This document shows positions 46,493-56,329 of a stretch of DNA of 64,000 bases, one piece after another. The DNA is from Alphaproteobacteria bacterium (lineage in GTDB: Bacteria; Pseudomonadota; Alphaproteobacteria; UBA828), in NCBI GenBank assembly GCA_009691045.1, contig SHWC01000003.1:7995-71994 (forward strand), in the 5' to 3' direction. The notes beneath the pieces were generated by a model that saw only the letters and a list, made by a program, of their open reading frames with translations, was not told the origin of the DNA and ran no database searches. The first letter of the stretch is position 1, and each line of letters opens with the position of its first letter. The position numbers and the translations under genes are program-made.

Positions 46493-47320
46493 ATGGCAGA
46501 GGCGGTCAAGCTCGGTGTGATCGCCGGTGGCGGGCCCTTGCCACGGGGCGTGGTTGAGCGTTGTCAGGCAAGTGGACGGCCGGTTTTTGTCGTCGCGATC
46601 GAAGGCGATACCGAGCTGGCGACTTGCGTTGGCGTGCCCCATGTTTGGCTCAAACTCGGTTCCGTTGGCGCGCTGTTGAAGGCGTTGAAAGCTGAACGCT
46701 GTGTCGACGTCGTCATGATCGGGCCGATCGCGCGTCCCTCGTTCAGCGCCCTCAAACTCGATCTGCGCGGCATCGGGCTTTTGGCGAAGATTGGCAAAGC
46801 GGCCGCGCAAGGCGATAACGCGTTGCTCGCCATTGTTGTTGGCGAGCTCGAACGCGAAGGCTTCAACGTGGTTGGCGCGGACGATTTGCTCGACGATGCG
46901 ACGACGCCAAAGGGCGTGCTCGGCAAGATCGCGCCCGATGAGATTGCGCGTCGCGATATCGACATCGGATGCCGCGCGGCACGCCAACTCGGCATTGCCG
47001 ATATCGGTCAGGCGGTCATCGTGCAGCAAGGGGTGGTGCTCGGCGTCGAGGCGATCGAGGGGACCGACGCCTTGATCGAGCGATGCGGCCGATTGAGGCG
47101 CGATGGACTTGGTGGCGTTCTCATTAAAATGAAAAAACCGGGGCAGGAAGCACGCGCCGATTTGCCGACCATCGGGCGGCGCACGATCGAGGGTTTGGCG
47201 GTGGCCGGCTTGCGCGGCGTTGCGCTCGAGGCCGGTGGGTCGCTGATCGTCGATCGCGCTGGCGTGATCGACGAGGCCGATCGGCGGGGTGTGTTTGTCA
47301 TCGGGGTCGTGCCGCCATGA
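46493..47320 (+). CDS. lpxI: UDP-2,3-diacylglucosamine pyrophosphatase LpxI (DUF1009)
   Basis: 275 aa from ATG 46493 (MAEAVKLGVIAGGG..). Sits at the lpxA-lpxI-lpxB position as in Caulobacter. Confidence 0.85.
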   Translation: MAEAVKLGVIAGGGPLPRGVVERCQASGRPVFVVAIEGDTELATCVGVPHVWLKLGSVGALLKALKAERCVDVVMIGPIARPSFSALKLDLRGIGLLAKIGKAAAQGDNALLAIVVGELEREGFNVVGADDLLDDATTPKGVLGKIAPDEIARRDIDIGCRAARQLGIADIGQAVIVQQGVVLGVEAIEGTDALIERCGRLRRDGLGGVLIKMKKPGQEARADLPTIGRRTIEGLAVAGLRGVALEAGGSLIVDRAGVIDEADRRGVFVIGVVPP

Positions 47321-48495
47321 ACCAAGGGGCGGCGGCGCCGCTCATTTTTCTGGTGGCGGGGGAAGCCTCGGGCGACGTGATTGGCGGGCATTTGATGGCG
47401 GCGCTTAAGCGGCGAACCGGCGGTGCGGTGCGCTTTGCCGGGGTTGGCGGGCCGCGCATGATCGGTGAGGGGCTCATCAGCCAATTTCCGATCGCAGAAT
47501 TGGGGGTTATGGGTTTGGCGGAAGTGGTGCCGCACATCCCGCGCCTGTTGCGGCGAATTCGTGAAGTCGCCGAGAACGCACATCGTCTCCGCCCGGCTGT
47601 CGTCGTGACGATTGATTCGCCCGATTTTTCCTTTCGAGTGCAGAAGCGGCTGCACAAGAGTGGCCTTCGCCGCATTCATATCGTGGCGCCGCAGGTGTGG
47701 GCGTATCGGCCCGGGCGCGCGGCAAAGCTCTCCGCCTTCATCGACCATCTGCTCGTTTTGCTGCCGTTTGAGCCGCCGTTTTTCGAGCGTCACGGCCTTG
47801 CTTGCAGCTTCATGGGTCACCCGGCGATCGAAGAGGGGTTGGGCAGTGGTGACCCGGCGGCCTTCCGCGCGCGGTACGGCATCGCACCCCAAGCGCCAAT
47901 CGTGGTTCTATTGCCCGGCAGTCGGCGTAGCGAGGTCGCGCGCATGTTGCCGGTTTTCGCCGCGGCGGCGAAGCGTCTTCGGGCGGCGCACCCCGATCTC
48001 CAGATCGTGTTGCTTAGCGTCTCGCATTTGGTAATTTTCGTGCGCGAGCTTCTCGTGCGGTTCGGTCTTGAGGCGCTGGTGGTCGAAGGGCGCGCGGATA
48101 AGCTTGGGGCCTTTGCCGCCGGGCGGGTGGCTTTGGCCGCCTCGGGCACGGTCACGCTCGAACTTGGCCTGGCCGGCCTTCCCATGGTGGTTGGCTATCG
48201 AATGAACCCTTTGACCGCCGCCATTGCCCGCCGCGTTGTGCGGGTGCCGCATGTCGCGATGGTCAACCTCATTCTCGGCCGCGCGCTGGTGCCCGAATTA
48301 TTGCTCGGCGCTTGTACACCGGAGCGTCTCACACCGGCGCTTGACGAGCTTTTGGTTGACGGCGCCGCTCGGCGTGCTCAAATCGATGGCTTCAAGGAGG
48401 TCGCTCAGCGACTTAGAGCGGGCGAGAGCGTGCCAAGTGAGCAGGCGGCCGGGCTTATTTTAAATCTGATCGGCCCTCGGGCCGGGGGCAAATAA
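47317..48495 (+). CDS. lpxB: lipid-A-disaccharide synthase
   Basis: 392 aa glycosyltransferase of the LpxB family. Overlaps the lpxI stop (ATGA). Confidence 0.93.
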   Translation: MNQGAAAPLIFLVAGEASGDVIGGHLMAALKRRTGGAVRFAGVGGPRMIGEGLISQFPIAELGVMGLAEVVPHIPRLLRRIREVAENAHRLRPAVVVTIDSPDFSFRVQKRLHKSGLRRIHIVAPQVWAYRPGRAAKLSAFIDHLLVLLPFEPPFFERHGLACSFMGHPAIEEGLGSGDPAAFRARYGIAPQAPIVVLLPGSRRSEVARMLPVFAAAAKRLRAAHPDLQIVLLSVSHLVIFVRELLVRFGLEALVVEGRADKLGAFAAGRVALAASGTVTLELGLAGLPMVVGYRMNPLTAAIARRVVRVPHVAMVNLILGRALVPELLLGACTPERLTPALDELLVDGAARRAQIDGFKEVAQRLRAGESVPSEQAAGLILNLIGPRAGGK

Positions 48496-48510
48496 TAGAG
48501 GGAGACCTTA

Positions 48511-48924
48511 ATGGCGAACGCGGCAGCGACAGGCCTGGGAGCGTGCATCCTCCACACCATGATTCGAGTGAAGGATCTCGATCGTTCGCTCGATTTTTAT
48601 ACCCGGCTCCTCGGCATGAAACTCTTGCGCAAAAATGACTATCCGGGTGGCCGCTTCACGCTGGCGTTTGTCGGTTTTGGCGACGAGGCCTCGAGCGCCG
48701 TGATCGAGCTGACACACAATTGGGATCAGGCCGAGCCCTATAGTCTCGGGTCCGGATTCGGCCATGTTGCGATCGGCGTGCCCGATATCTATGGCACGTG
48801 CAAGGCGCTCGAGGCCGAGGGCGTCAAGATCCCACGCCCGCCGGGGCCGATGAAGCACGGCTCGACCGTGATCGCCTTCGTCGAAGATCCGGACGGCTAC
48901 AAGATCGAATTGATCGCGCGCTGA
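48511..48924 (+). CDS. gloA: lactoylglutathione lyase (glyoxalase I)
   Basis: 137 aa. The LHTMIRVKDLDRSLDFYTRLLGMKLL stretch is close to E. coli GloA. Confidence 0.88.
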   Translation: MANAAATGLGACILHTMIRVKDLDRSLDFYTRLLGMKLLRKNDYPGGRFTLAFVGFGDEASSAVIELTHNWDQAEPYSLGSGFGHVAIGVPDIYGTCKALEAEGVKIPRPPGPMKHGSTVIAFVEDPDGYKIELIAR

Positions 48925-49135
48925 GCGAGCTTAAATTAGCAGCAACCCGGCGATCAGGCCGCCGAGCGCGGCCGAGGCGGACGTGACTGCGATGAACCGC
49001 CGGGTGCCGGTCAGGTGAAGGCGCGGCGGCGCGTTATCATTGGCGGCGGGCGCGAGCCCACGCGCGCGATGGGCGCCGCCCAACGCCGGGTTGCTGAGGC
49101 GCGGCTTGTGGCCGCGCCCTGATTTCTCGGCGCTT

Positions 49136-50458
49136 CTAACCACGTTTGTCGAGCGGCACATAGGCGCGCTCGGGTGAGCCGGTATAAAGCTGGCGCGGCC
49201 GGCCGATCTTCTGCTCCGGGTCCTCGATCATTTCTTTCCACTGCGCGACCCAACCGACCGTGCGCGCCACCGCGAACAACACGGTGAACAATTTCGTCGG
49301 GAAGCCGAGCGCTTTCAAAATAATGCCCGAATAGAAATCGACATTCGGGTAGAGCTTGCGCTTATGAAAATACTCGTCTTCCAGGGCGATGCGCTCAAGC
49401 TCCATGGCGATTTCGAGCAGCGGCTCGTCCTTGATACCAAGGTCGGCCAACACCTCATGGCAGGTCTCGCGCATGACGTGCGCGCGCGGGTCGAAATTCT
49501 TGTAGACCCGGTGGCCGAAGCCCATGAGCTTGAAATTATCGTCCTTGTCCTTGGCGCGCTTGATGAACTCGGGGATGCGGTTCTTGTCGCCGATCTCCTT
49601 CAGCATCTTGAGCACCGCCTCGTTGGCCCCGCCATGAGCCGGACCCCAGAGCGTCGCGATGCCGGCCGCGATGCAGGCATAGGGATTGGCGCCCGACGAG
49701 CCGGCCAGGCGCACCGTCGAGGTCGAGGCGTTCTGCTCATGATCGGCGTGCAGGATGAGCAGGCGATCGATCGCGCGCGCGTGGATCGGGTTGCTCTTGT
49801 ACTCCTCGCACGGCACCGCGAACGCCATATGAAGAAAGTTCTCAGCGTAACCGAGGTCGTTGCGCGGATAGATGAACGGCTGGCCGATCGAATATTTATA
49901 GGCCATCGCCGCGATGGTCGGCATCTTCGCGATCAGCCGGTGCGACGCGATCATGCGGTGTGTCGCGTTCTTAATGTTGGTGTCTTCGTGGTAAAACGCT
50001 GCAAGCGCGCCGACCACGCCGATCATCACCGCCATCGGGTGCGAATCACGCCGGAAGCCGCGATAGAGCAATTGGATCTGTTCATGCACCATGGTGTGGC
50101 GCGTGATTGCGGTATCGAATTCGCGCATCTGCGCGGTGCTCGGCAGGTCGCCATTGAGCAGCAGATAGGCAACCTCGAGGAAACTGCTGTTCTCGGCAAG
50201 CTGATCGATCGGATAGCCCCGATGGAGCAGAACGCCCTTTTCGCCATCGATATAGGTGATGCCCGACTGGCAGCTGCCGGTCGACATATAGCCGGGGTCG
50301 TAGGTGAAAATGCCAGAATCTTTGTATAAGCTGCGGACATCGACCACGGATGGCCCAAGTGTGCCGTCATAGACGGGAAACTCGGTGGTCTTGCTGCCGT
50401 CCACCAGTTTGACCGTCCGCGACGGCTTCAATTCCTTGATGACCGTCTTGGTTGGCAT
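49136..50458 (-). CDS. gltA: citrate synthase (type II)
   Basis: About 440 aa from ATG 50458 ([11 protein letters not shown]..). Conserved citrate synthase catalytic His and Asp regions. Confidence 0.93.
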   Translation of the reverse strand: MPTKTVIKELKPSRTVKLVDGSKTTEFPVYDGTLGPSVVDVRSLYKDSGIFTYDPGYMSTGSCQSGITYIDGEKGVLLHRGYPIDQLAENSSFLEVAYLLLNGDLPSTAQMREFDTAITRHTMVHEQIQLLYRGFRRDSHPMAVMIGVVGALAAFYHEDTNIKNATHRMIASHRLIAKMPTIAAMAYKYSIGQPFIYPRNDLGYAENFLHMAFAVPCEEYKSNPIHARAIDRLLILHADHEQNASTSTVRLAGSSGANPYACIAAGIATLWGPAHGGANEAVLKMLKEIGDKNRIPEFIKRAKDKDDNFKLMGFGHRVYKNFDPRAHVMRETCHEVLADLGIKDEPLLEIAMELERIALEDEYFHKRKLYPNVDFYSGIILKALGFPTKLFTVLFAVARTVGWVAQWKEMIEDPEQKIGRPRQLYTGSPERAYVPLDKRG

Positions 50459-50633
50459 AGAACACCCCTCAGAGCAAGAAATCGGCCGCCGAGCGGCCAT
50501 AGAAACGGATCAGCGCGAACCTCTCGGCTCGCGCGTCTTTCGAACCCTAGCGTCAATCCATTAACCAAATCATAGAGCCGTCAGCCAGGGTTTTCAATGA
50601 AGGCCAATTGACCTTGGCCCTCCCTTTGGGGGC

Positions 50634-52037
50634 TCAGGAATTTGTTAGATCGCCGATCCGGGCGAGGACTTCCTCCCGGCCGAGGGCGGCCATTACGTCG
50701 AAAATACCGGGTGAAACGGTCGAGCCGGTGAGGGCCGCCCGAAGCGGCTGGGCGATGGCACCGAGTTTGACGCCCGCACCCTCGGCCGAGGTCCGAACAC
50801 AGGCCTCAAGCGACGCATTGTCCCAGGCGGGGAGGGCGGCGAGCGCTTGCCCTACAAGGCCGAGTAGGCGTCGCGCTTCGGCCGACACTAATTTGGCGGC
50901 CTGGGCATCGAGTGTGAGTGGCCGGGTGCGAAACAGAAAGAGCGCGCCATCGGCGATCTCGATCATTGTTTGCGCGCGCGGGCGAAGCCCGGGCAAGGCG
51001 GCGTCGAGCCGGGCGCGCTCGGTCGTGTCGAGGGGGCGACCCAGCGTGGTCTCGATGCGCGCCGTGACCGGCGGGAGCAAAATTTTTGGGTCGGCCTCTT
51101 TGATGTAGTGCGCGTTGAGGCTGAGCAATTTTTCCATGTCGAAGCGCGCGGGCGAACGGCCGACCGCCTCGAGCCCGAACCATTGGATCGCCTGTTGGGT
51201 CGGGATGATCTCGTCATCGCCATGGCTCCAGCCCAACCGCAACAAATAATTCCGCATCGCTTCGGGCAGGAGACCCAAGGTCGCATAGGCATCGAGCGCG
51301 ACCGCGCCATGGCGCTTCGAAAGCTTGGCGCCATCAGCGCCGTGGATCAGCGGAATATGGGCGTAGCGTGGGGGCTGCCAGTCACAGGCCAGAAAGAGTT
51401 GGGTCTGACGAAACGCGTTGGTCAAATGATCATCGCCACGGATGGCGTGGGTGATGTTCATGTCATGGTCATCGACCACGACGGAAAGCATGTAGGTCGG
51501 CGTGCCATCGGCACGCAACAGCACCATGTCGTCGAGTTCGGCATTGGCGACGGCGACGCGGCCCTGAACCAAGTCCTCGACCACGGTCTCACCCGATTGA
51601 GGTGCCTTGAAGCGAATCACCGGCTTGATGTCGGGCGGGGCGTCCTTCGGGTCGCGGTCGCGCCAGCGCCCGTCATAGCGCGGCGAACGACCTTCGGCAC
51701 GCGCGCGTTCGCGCATCTCCGTAAGTTCGGCTGGTGAGCAATAGCAATGATAGGCCTTGCCTTGGGCAAGGAGACCGCGTGCGATTTCGGCATGGCGAGA
51801 AGCCCGCGCGAATTGAAAAACCGGCTCGCCATCCCAATCGAGTTCGAGCCAGCGGAGGCCTTCAAGGATCGCGCGCACGGCATCCTCGGTCGAGCGCTCG
51901 CGATCAGTGTCTTCGATGCGGAGCAGAAACTTGCCCTTGTGATGACGGGCAAAGAGCCAATTGAACAAGGCGGTGCGCGCGCCGCCGATATGGAGATAGC
52001 CAGTCGGCGAGGGGGCAAAACGGGTAATCACGGTCAT
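50634..52037 (-). CDS. gltX: glutamate--tRNA ligase
   Basis: 467 aa class I aminoacyl-tRNA synthetase with HIGG and KLSKR motifs. Confidence 0.93.
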   Translation of the reverse strand: MTVITRFAPSPTGYLHIGGARTALFNWLFARHHKGKFLLRIEDTDRERSTEDAVRAILEGLRWLELDWDGEPVFQFARASRHAEIARGLLAQGKAYHCYCSPAELTEMRERARAEGRSPRYDGRWRDRDPKDAPPDIKPVIRFKAPQSGETVVEDLVQGRVAVANAELDDMVLLRADGTPTYMLSVVVDDHDMNITHAIRGDDHLTNAFRQTQLFLACDWQPPRYAHIPLIHGADGAKLSKRHGAVALDAYATLGLLPEAMRNYLLRLGWSHGDDEIIPTQQAIQWFGLEAVGRSPARFDMEKLLSLNAHYIKEADPKILLPPVTARIETTLGRPLDTTERARLDAALPGLRPRAQTMIEIADGALFLFRTRPLTLDAQAAKLVSAEARRLLGLVGQALAALPAWDNASLEACVRTSAEGAGVKLGAIAQPLRAALTGSTVSPGIFDVMAALGREEVLARIGDLTNS

Positions 52038-52063
52038 AGGCGGCGCTCGATCTTTCGGTCAGG

Positions 52064-54286
52064 ATGCCCGGTTCGGGCTTGCGGCGGTGTAGCACAATGG
52101 TGCTCAGGGCGGAACCGACGGTCCCCACCGATTGGCCAGGCATCGATCACGATGCCCCACGGTCTGACGCGTGGTCGGGGCGGATAGGCGACGTGGTCTT
52201 GGCTTGGCTCATGGCGGAACGCGACCGCTGGGTGCTGTGGCTGCCCGTTTTGCTTGCCCTTGGGGTGGTGCTCTATTTCCACCTGCCGATCGAGCCGCCG
52301 ATTTGGCCGGCGCTCGCGGCGGCGTTCGGGCTTGGTGTCGTCGCCCTTCTGTTGTTTCGGCGCTATGGCGTGGTCGCGCTCGCGCTCATCGCGTGCGGTA
52401 CGATTGCGCTCGGCTTCGGTGTCGCGGGCTTGCGCACGCAGGCGGTAAGCGCACCGATCCTCGATGCACCGCTTGGTCCCGTCATGGTGAGCGGTGAGGT
52501 GGTCGAGGCCGGCACGGGCGAGCGCGAGCGGCGCGTCGTGCTCGAAGATTTGTTGATCGATGGGCTCGCGCCTGCGGCGACACCCGAGCGCGTGCGCCTG
52601 ACGCTGCGGGGCAAAGCGGCGGAGGGCGACATGGTCGTGCCGGGTGCGCGGCTCAGCGTGCGCGCGCATCTGCAACCGCCGCCCGAGCCGACCGCCCCCG
52701 ATGCGTGGGACTTCGCGCGCCAAGCCTATTTCGAGCGGATCGGCGGGATCGGCTATGCCATCGCGGTGCCCGTGCTGATCGCGCCACCTGAAGGTGGCGG
52801 CTTTTGGGCGCGGGTCGAGCGTGTTCGTCATGCGGTGAGCCGACGCTTCAACGCGGGTCTCGAGGGCGAGGTCGGCCCCTTTGGCGCGGCGCTCTTGATC
52901 GGCGATCGCAGCGCGATGTCGGAAGATTTGATGGGCGCGATGCGTGATTCAGGCTTGGCGCATCTCATCACGATTTCGGGTCTCAATCTTGGTCTGGTCG
53001 CCGGCTTCGTGTTCGTCGTGTTGCGGGCTGGGCTCGCGCTCGTGCCGGCGCTCGCTCTGCGCTATCCGATCAAAAAATGGGCCGCCTTTGGCGCGCTGGT
53101 CGCGACTTTCGGGTATTTCCTTCTGTCGGGCGGCGGCGTGCCGACCGAGCGCGCGTTTCTGATGACCGCCTTGGTGCTGGTCGCGGTCATGCTGGATCGC
53201 ACCAGTCTATCAATGCGGCTCCTTATGTGGGCCGCGTTTGTTGTCATTTTTTGTTTTCCCGAGGCGGTGCTTGGTCCCAGTTTTCAAATGTCGTTCGGCG
53301 CGACGATCGCGCTGATCGCGGCCTATGAAGCCGTGCGCGGCCCGCTTGCTAAGCTCGCCGCTAGAACGCCCTTCTGGCAGCGACCGGCGTTTTATTTGGC
53401 CGCGGTTGGCTTCACCTCTTTGGTGGCGGGCATCGCGACCGGTCCGTTCGCGCTCTATCACTTCAATCGGTTTGCCGATTATGGCCTGGTCGCCAATCTA
53501 ATTGCCGTGCCATTGACCGGTCTTTGGGTCATGCCCTGGGGGCTCATCGCGCTTCTCCTGATGCCGTTCGGCGCGGAATGGCCGGCGCTCGCGCCCATGT
53601 CGCTCGGGCTTGAAGGCATCGCGGCAACCGCGCGCCTGGTGGCGTCGTGGCCAGGCGCGGTCTCGCTGGTGCCCGCCATGCCTGGTCTCGCGCTGGTCTT
53701 GATTGTGTTTGGCGGGCTCTGGCTTTGCCTCTGGCGACGACGGGCGCGCCTCCTCGGCGTCCTGCCCATGATCGCGGCGTTGGTCGTGATTGCGCTCGCG
53801 CGACCGCCTGATCTTCTGATCGACGGCGCCGCCAAACTCTTTGCCGCACGCGCGCCCGATGGGGGCCTCTGGCTATCATCCGAGCGGCAGGGCCGCTTTC
53901 TTGGAGAGGCTTGGTTGAGGCAGGCGGGGCAATCCGAAGCGGGGCCATGGCTGATTGCGCGCGATGATCAGCCTTGCGATGGCGAGGCCTGCGCTTTTTC
54001 GATCGCGGGACGCAGCGTGTCGGTGGTCAGCGGCCGCGGCGCGCTTGCTGAAGAATGCCGCCGCGCCGATGTGCTGATTGCGTTGATCCCGCTCCACGCC
54101 GCCTGTCGCGGGCCGGCGATTAAGATCGATCGCTTCGATCTATGGCGCGAAGGCACCCACGCGCTCTGGCTGGATGACGATGAGATCCGGGTGCGGACGG
54201 TGCGGGAGGCGAGGGGCGAACGGCGAACGGCCCTGGGCGCCGCTACGTCGTTCAGCGCGGCAACGCGCCGCCGCGCGCGATGGTGA
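52064..54286 (+). CDS. comEC: ComEC/Rec2 family competence (DNA internalisation) protein
   Basis: Polytopic membrane protein with a DUF4131 N-domain and a Competence domain. The start is uncertain, and M50 (MAERDRW) is possible. Confidence 0.8.
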   Translation: MPGSGLRRCSTMVLRAEPTVPTDWPGIDHDAPRSDAWSGRIGDVVLAWLMAERDRWVLWLPVLLALGVVLYFHLPIEPPIWPALAAAFGLGVVALLLFRRYGVVALALIACGTIALGFGVAGLRTQAVSAPILDAPLGPVMVSGEVVEAGTGERERRVVLEDLLIDGLAPAATPERVRLTLRGKAAEGDMVVPGARLSVRAHLQPPPEPTAPDAWDFARQAYFERIGGIGYAIAVPVLIAPPEGGGFWARVERVRHAVSRRFNAGLEGEVGPFGAALLIGDRSAMSEDLMGAMRDSGLAHLITISGLNLGLVAGFVFVVLRAGLALVPALALRYPIKKWAAFGALVATFGYFLLSGGGVPTERAFLMTALVLVAVMLDRTSLSMRLLMWAAFVVIFCFPEAVLGPSFQMSFGATIALIAAYEAVRGPLAKLAARTPFWQRPAFYLAAVGFTSLVAGIATGPFALYHFNRFADYGLVANLIAVPLTGLWVMPWGLIALLLMPFGAEWPALAPMSLGLEGIAATARLVASWPGAVSLVPAMPGLALVLIVFGGLWLCLWRRRARLLGVLPMIAALVVIALARPPDLLIDGAAKLFAARAPDGGLWLSSERQGRFLGEAWLRQAGQSEAGPWLIARDDQPCDGEACAFSIAGRSVSVVSGRGALAEECRRADVLIALIPLHAACRGPAIKIDRFDLWREGTHALWLDDDEIRVRTVREARGERRTALGAATSFSAATRRRARW

Positions 54287-54301
54287 GGAGAGAACGACCC
54301 C

Positions 54302-55024
54302 CTAATAGCGCCGCATCAAGCCGACCAGCCGGCCCTGCACGCGCACGCGGCTCGGCCCGAAAATACGCGTCTCATAGGCCGGGTTGGCGGGTTCGAGCGC
54401 GATTGATTCGCCCTTGCGGCGGAGCCGCTTCAAGGTCACTTCGCTGTCATCGACAAGCGCGACCACGATGGCGCCGTTCTCGGCGGTCTCACAACGCTGG
54501 ATGAGCGCTGTATCGCCATCGAAAATACCGGCGTTGATCATCGAATCGCCCTCGACTTCGAGCGCGTAATGCTCGCCCGAGCCCAATAGGCTCGAGGGCA
54601 GTTCGAGGCGGGTAGATTCATCGCGGAGCGCCTCGATCGGCACGCCGGCCGCGATCCGCCCATAGAGCGGAACCGAAACGACACGCGCGCGCGCGGCGCT
54701 GCCGCCTCGTTCCTGCTGTTGGCCGAAATCGCCGGGAATGACATTGCCACGCAGGCCGCCGCTGGAAGGCACCAAATGTGGGCGGTCTTCGCCGCCCACG
54801 GCAATGCGCTGCTGGGGCACCTTGACCACTTCAAGCGCGCGCGCGCGATGCGGCAGACGGCGGAGAAACCCGCGCTCCTCGAGCGCCGTAACCAGCCGGT
54901 GAATGCCCGATTTCGAGCGCAGCTTGACCGCCTCTTTCATCTCCTCGAAGGAGGGGGCGGTGTGGTGGCTCTTCATATGGGAATCGATGAAGAGAAGGAG
55001 TTCGAGCTGCTTTTTGGTCAGCAT
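54302..55024 (-). CDS. lexA: LexA repressor
   Basis: 240 aa from ATG 55024 ([10 protein letters not shown]). Winged HTH, a long alphaproteobacterial linker, and an S24 peptidase domain with Ala-Gly cleavage site and Ser/Lys dyad. Confidence 0.92.
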   Translation of the reverse strand: MLTKKQLELLLFIDSHMKSHHTAPSFEEMKEAVKLRSKSGIHRLVTALEERGFLRRLPHRARALEVVKVPQQRIAVGGEDRPHLVPSSGGLRGNVIPGDFGQQQERGGSAARARVVSVPLYGRIAAGVPIEALRDESTRLELPSSLLGSGEHYALEVEGDSMINAGIFDGDTALIQRCETAENGAIVVALVDDSEVTLKRLRRKGESIALEPANPAYETRIFGPSRVRVQGRLVGLMRRY

Positions 55025-55061
55025 GTCGCGGTCTCCACACAAAATCGAACAAACAAGAAAC

Positions 55062-55076
55062 GTTCGGTAAGCGTTC
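55062..55076. promoter_or_regulatory. LexA operator (alphaproteobacterial SOS box GTTC-N7-GTTC)
   Basis: GTTCggtaagcGTTC, 38-52 nt upstream of the lexA start. An adjacent degenerate copy GAAC-N7-AAAC lies at 55047-55061. Confidence 0.7.
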
Positions 55077-55123
55077 TAGGTAGGTTCCGCGCCGCTGTCA
55101 AGGCCCTGGGGGGAGGGCCGCGC

Positions 55124-56326
55124 TCAGAGATCGTCTAGCCTGATGATCGGTACGCGGCTGCCGGCCTTGGCGCCGGGCGCGCGCGGCGGGCGTACGATCA
55201 AGCACCCGGCCTTCGCCATGAGCGACATCATCGAGCTGTCTTGCTTGGCAAAAGGCGCGACATGAATCTGGCCGTCAGGCCCCAATTTGAGGCTGGCTCT
55301 GACATAGTCTTGGCGCTCGTCATTGGCCGTGAGGTCGACATCCACCAACGCGGTTTCGCTCTGGTCACCGTCCTCGGTCAGACCAAGCATGCGACCGATC
55401 GCGGGCTTCAAAAAGAGGATCGCACAGACCAGGGTCGAAACCGGGTTGCCCGGCAGGCCGAGGAGGCGGGTATCGCCGAGCCTGCCGAACATCAGCGGTT
55501 TGCCCGGGCGCATGGCGATCTTCCAGAAATCGAGCTGTAGTCCAATTCCGCCCAGCACATCGCGGACCAAATCATGCTCCCCGACCGAGGCGCCGCCGGT
55601 TGTCACCAGCAAATCAGCGCCACGCGCGCCGGCGGCCAGCGCCGTGAGCGAGCCCGCATTGTCGAGCGCGATGCCAAGACTGATTGGCTCCCCGCCAAAA
55701 CGACGGATCGCGGCGATTAACGCCAACGCGTTCGAGCTAACGATTTGATTGTCGCCAATCGGCTCACCCGGCATGACGATTTCATCGCCGGTCGCCAGCA
55801 CAGCGACACGCGGCTTTCGGGTCACGCGAAGCCACGGCACGTTCATCGCCGCGGCAAAACCGATGGCCCGCGCATTGAGCCGCCGTCCGGCCTCAAGACC
55901 GACCTCGCCCGCTTTGAAATCGAGACCCGCGGGTCGAACATTGCGGCCGAGTGCGGTGCCGTGTCGCACGCTTAGATGTGCCCCATCGGCCTCGACGTTT
56001 TCTTGGATGACGACAGTATCGGCGCCTTCCGGGAGTGGCGCACCCGTGAAAATGCGCACGGCTTCGCCCGGTCCAACCTTGCCCCCATAGCGCCCACCGG
56101 CATGAACAACGCCAATCTGGCGCAATTCGGCCGGTGCCACCGCAACATCGGCGCCGCGCACGGCATATCCATCCATCGCGGAGACGGGCCAGGGCGGTTG
56201 GGTAAGGCGTGCTTTGACAGGTTCAGCCAGAACGCGGCCATCGGCCTCGGCCAGGCTGATTGTTTCGGCAGGTTGGCGCTCGAATGAATCGAGAATGCGC
56301 GCTTTCGCTTCGGCGACGCTGAGCAT
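55124..56326 (-). CDS. moeA: molybdopterin molybdotransferase MoeA
   Basis: 400 aa with MoeA N, MoCF-binding and C-terminal domains. Confidence 0.9.
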   Translation of the reverse strand: MLSVAEAKARILDSFERQPAETISLAEADGRVLAEPVKARLTQPPWPVSAMDGYAVRGADVAVAPAELRQIGVVHAGGRYGGKVGPGEAVRIFTGAPLPEGADTVVIQENVEADGAHLSVRHGTALGRNVRPAGLDFKAGEVGLEAGRRLNARAIGFAAAMNVPWLRVTRKPRVAVLATGDEIVMPGEPIGDNQIVSSNALALIAAIRRFGGEPISLGIALDNAGSLTALAAGARGADLLVTTGGASVGEHDLVRDVLGGIGLQLDFWKIAMRPGKPLMFGRLGDTRLLGLPGNPVSTLVCAILFLKPAIGRMLGLTEDGDQSETALVDVDLTANDERQDYVRASLKLGPDGQIHVAPFAKQDSSMMSLMAKAGCLIVRPPRAPGAKAGSRVPIIRLDDL

Positions 56327-56329
56327 TGC

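Noticed and set aside
48931-49161. 76-aa minus-strand ORF with a hydrophobic C-terminus in the gloA/gltA convergent spacer
   Set aside because: It overlaps the 3' end of gltA out of frame, has no ribosome-binding site, and its composition is low-complexity. The spacer more likely just holds the GGCGCGGC/GCCGCGCC terminator hairpin at about 49098-49118.
52064-54286. ComEC placed convergently 15 nt from lexA, considered as a possible SOS/competence module
   Set aside because: ComEC/Rec2 homologues are widespread in non-competent alphaproteobacteria at this position next to gltX. There is no LexA box upstream of comEC and no com or pil partners in the window.
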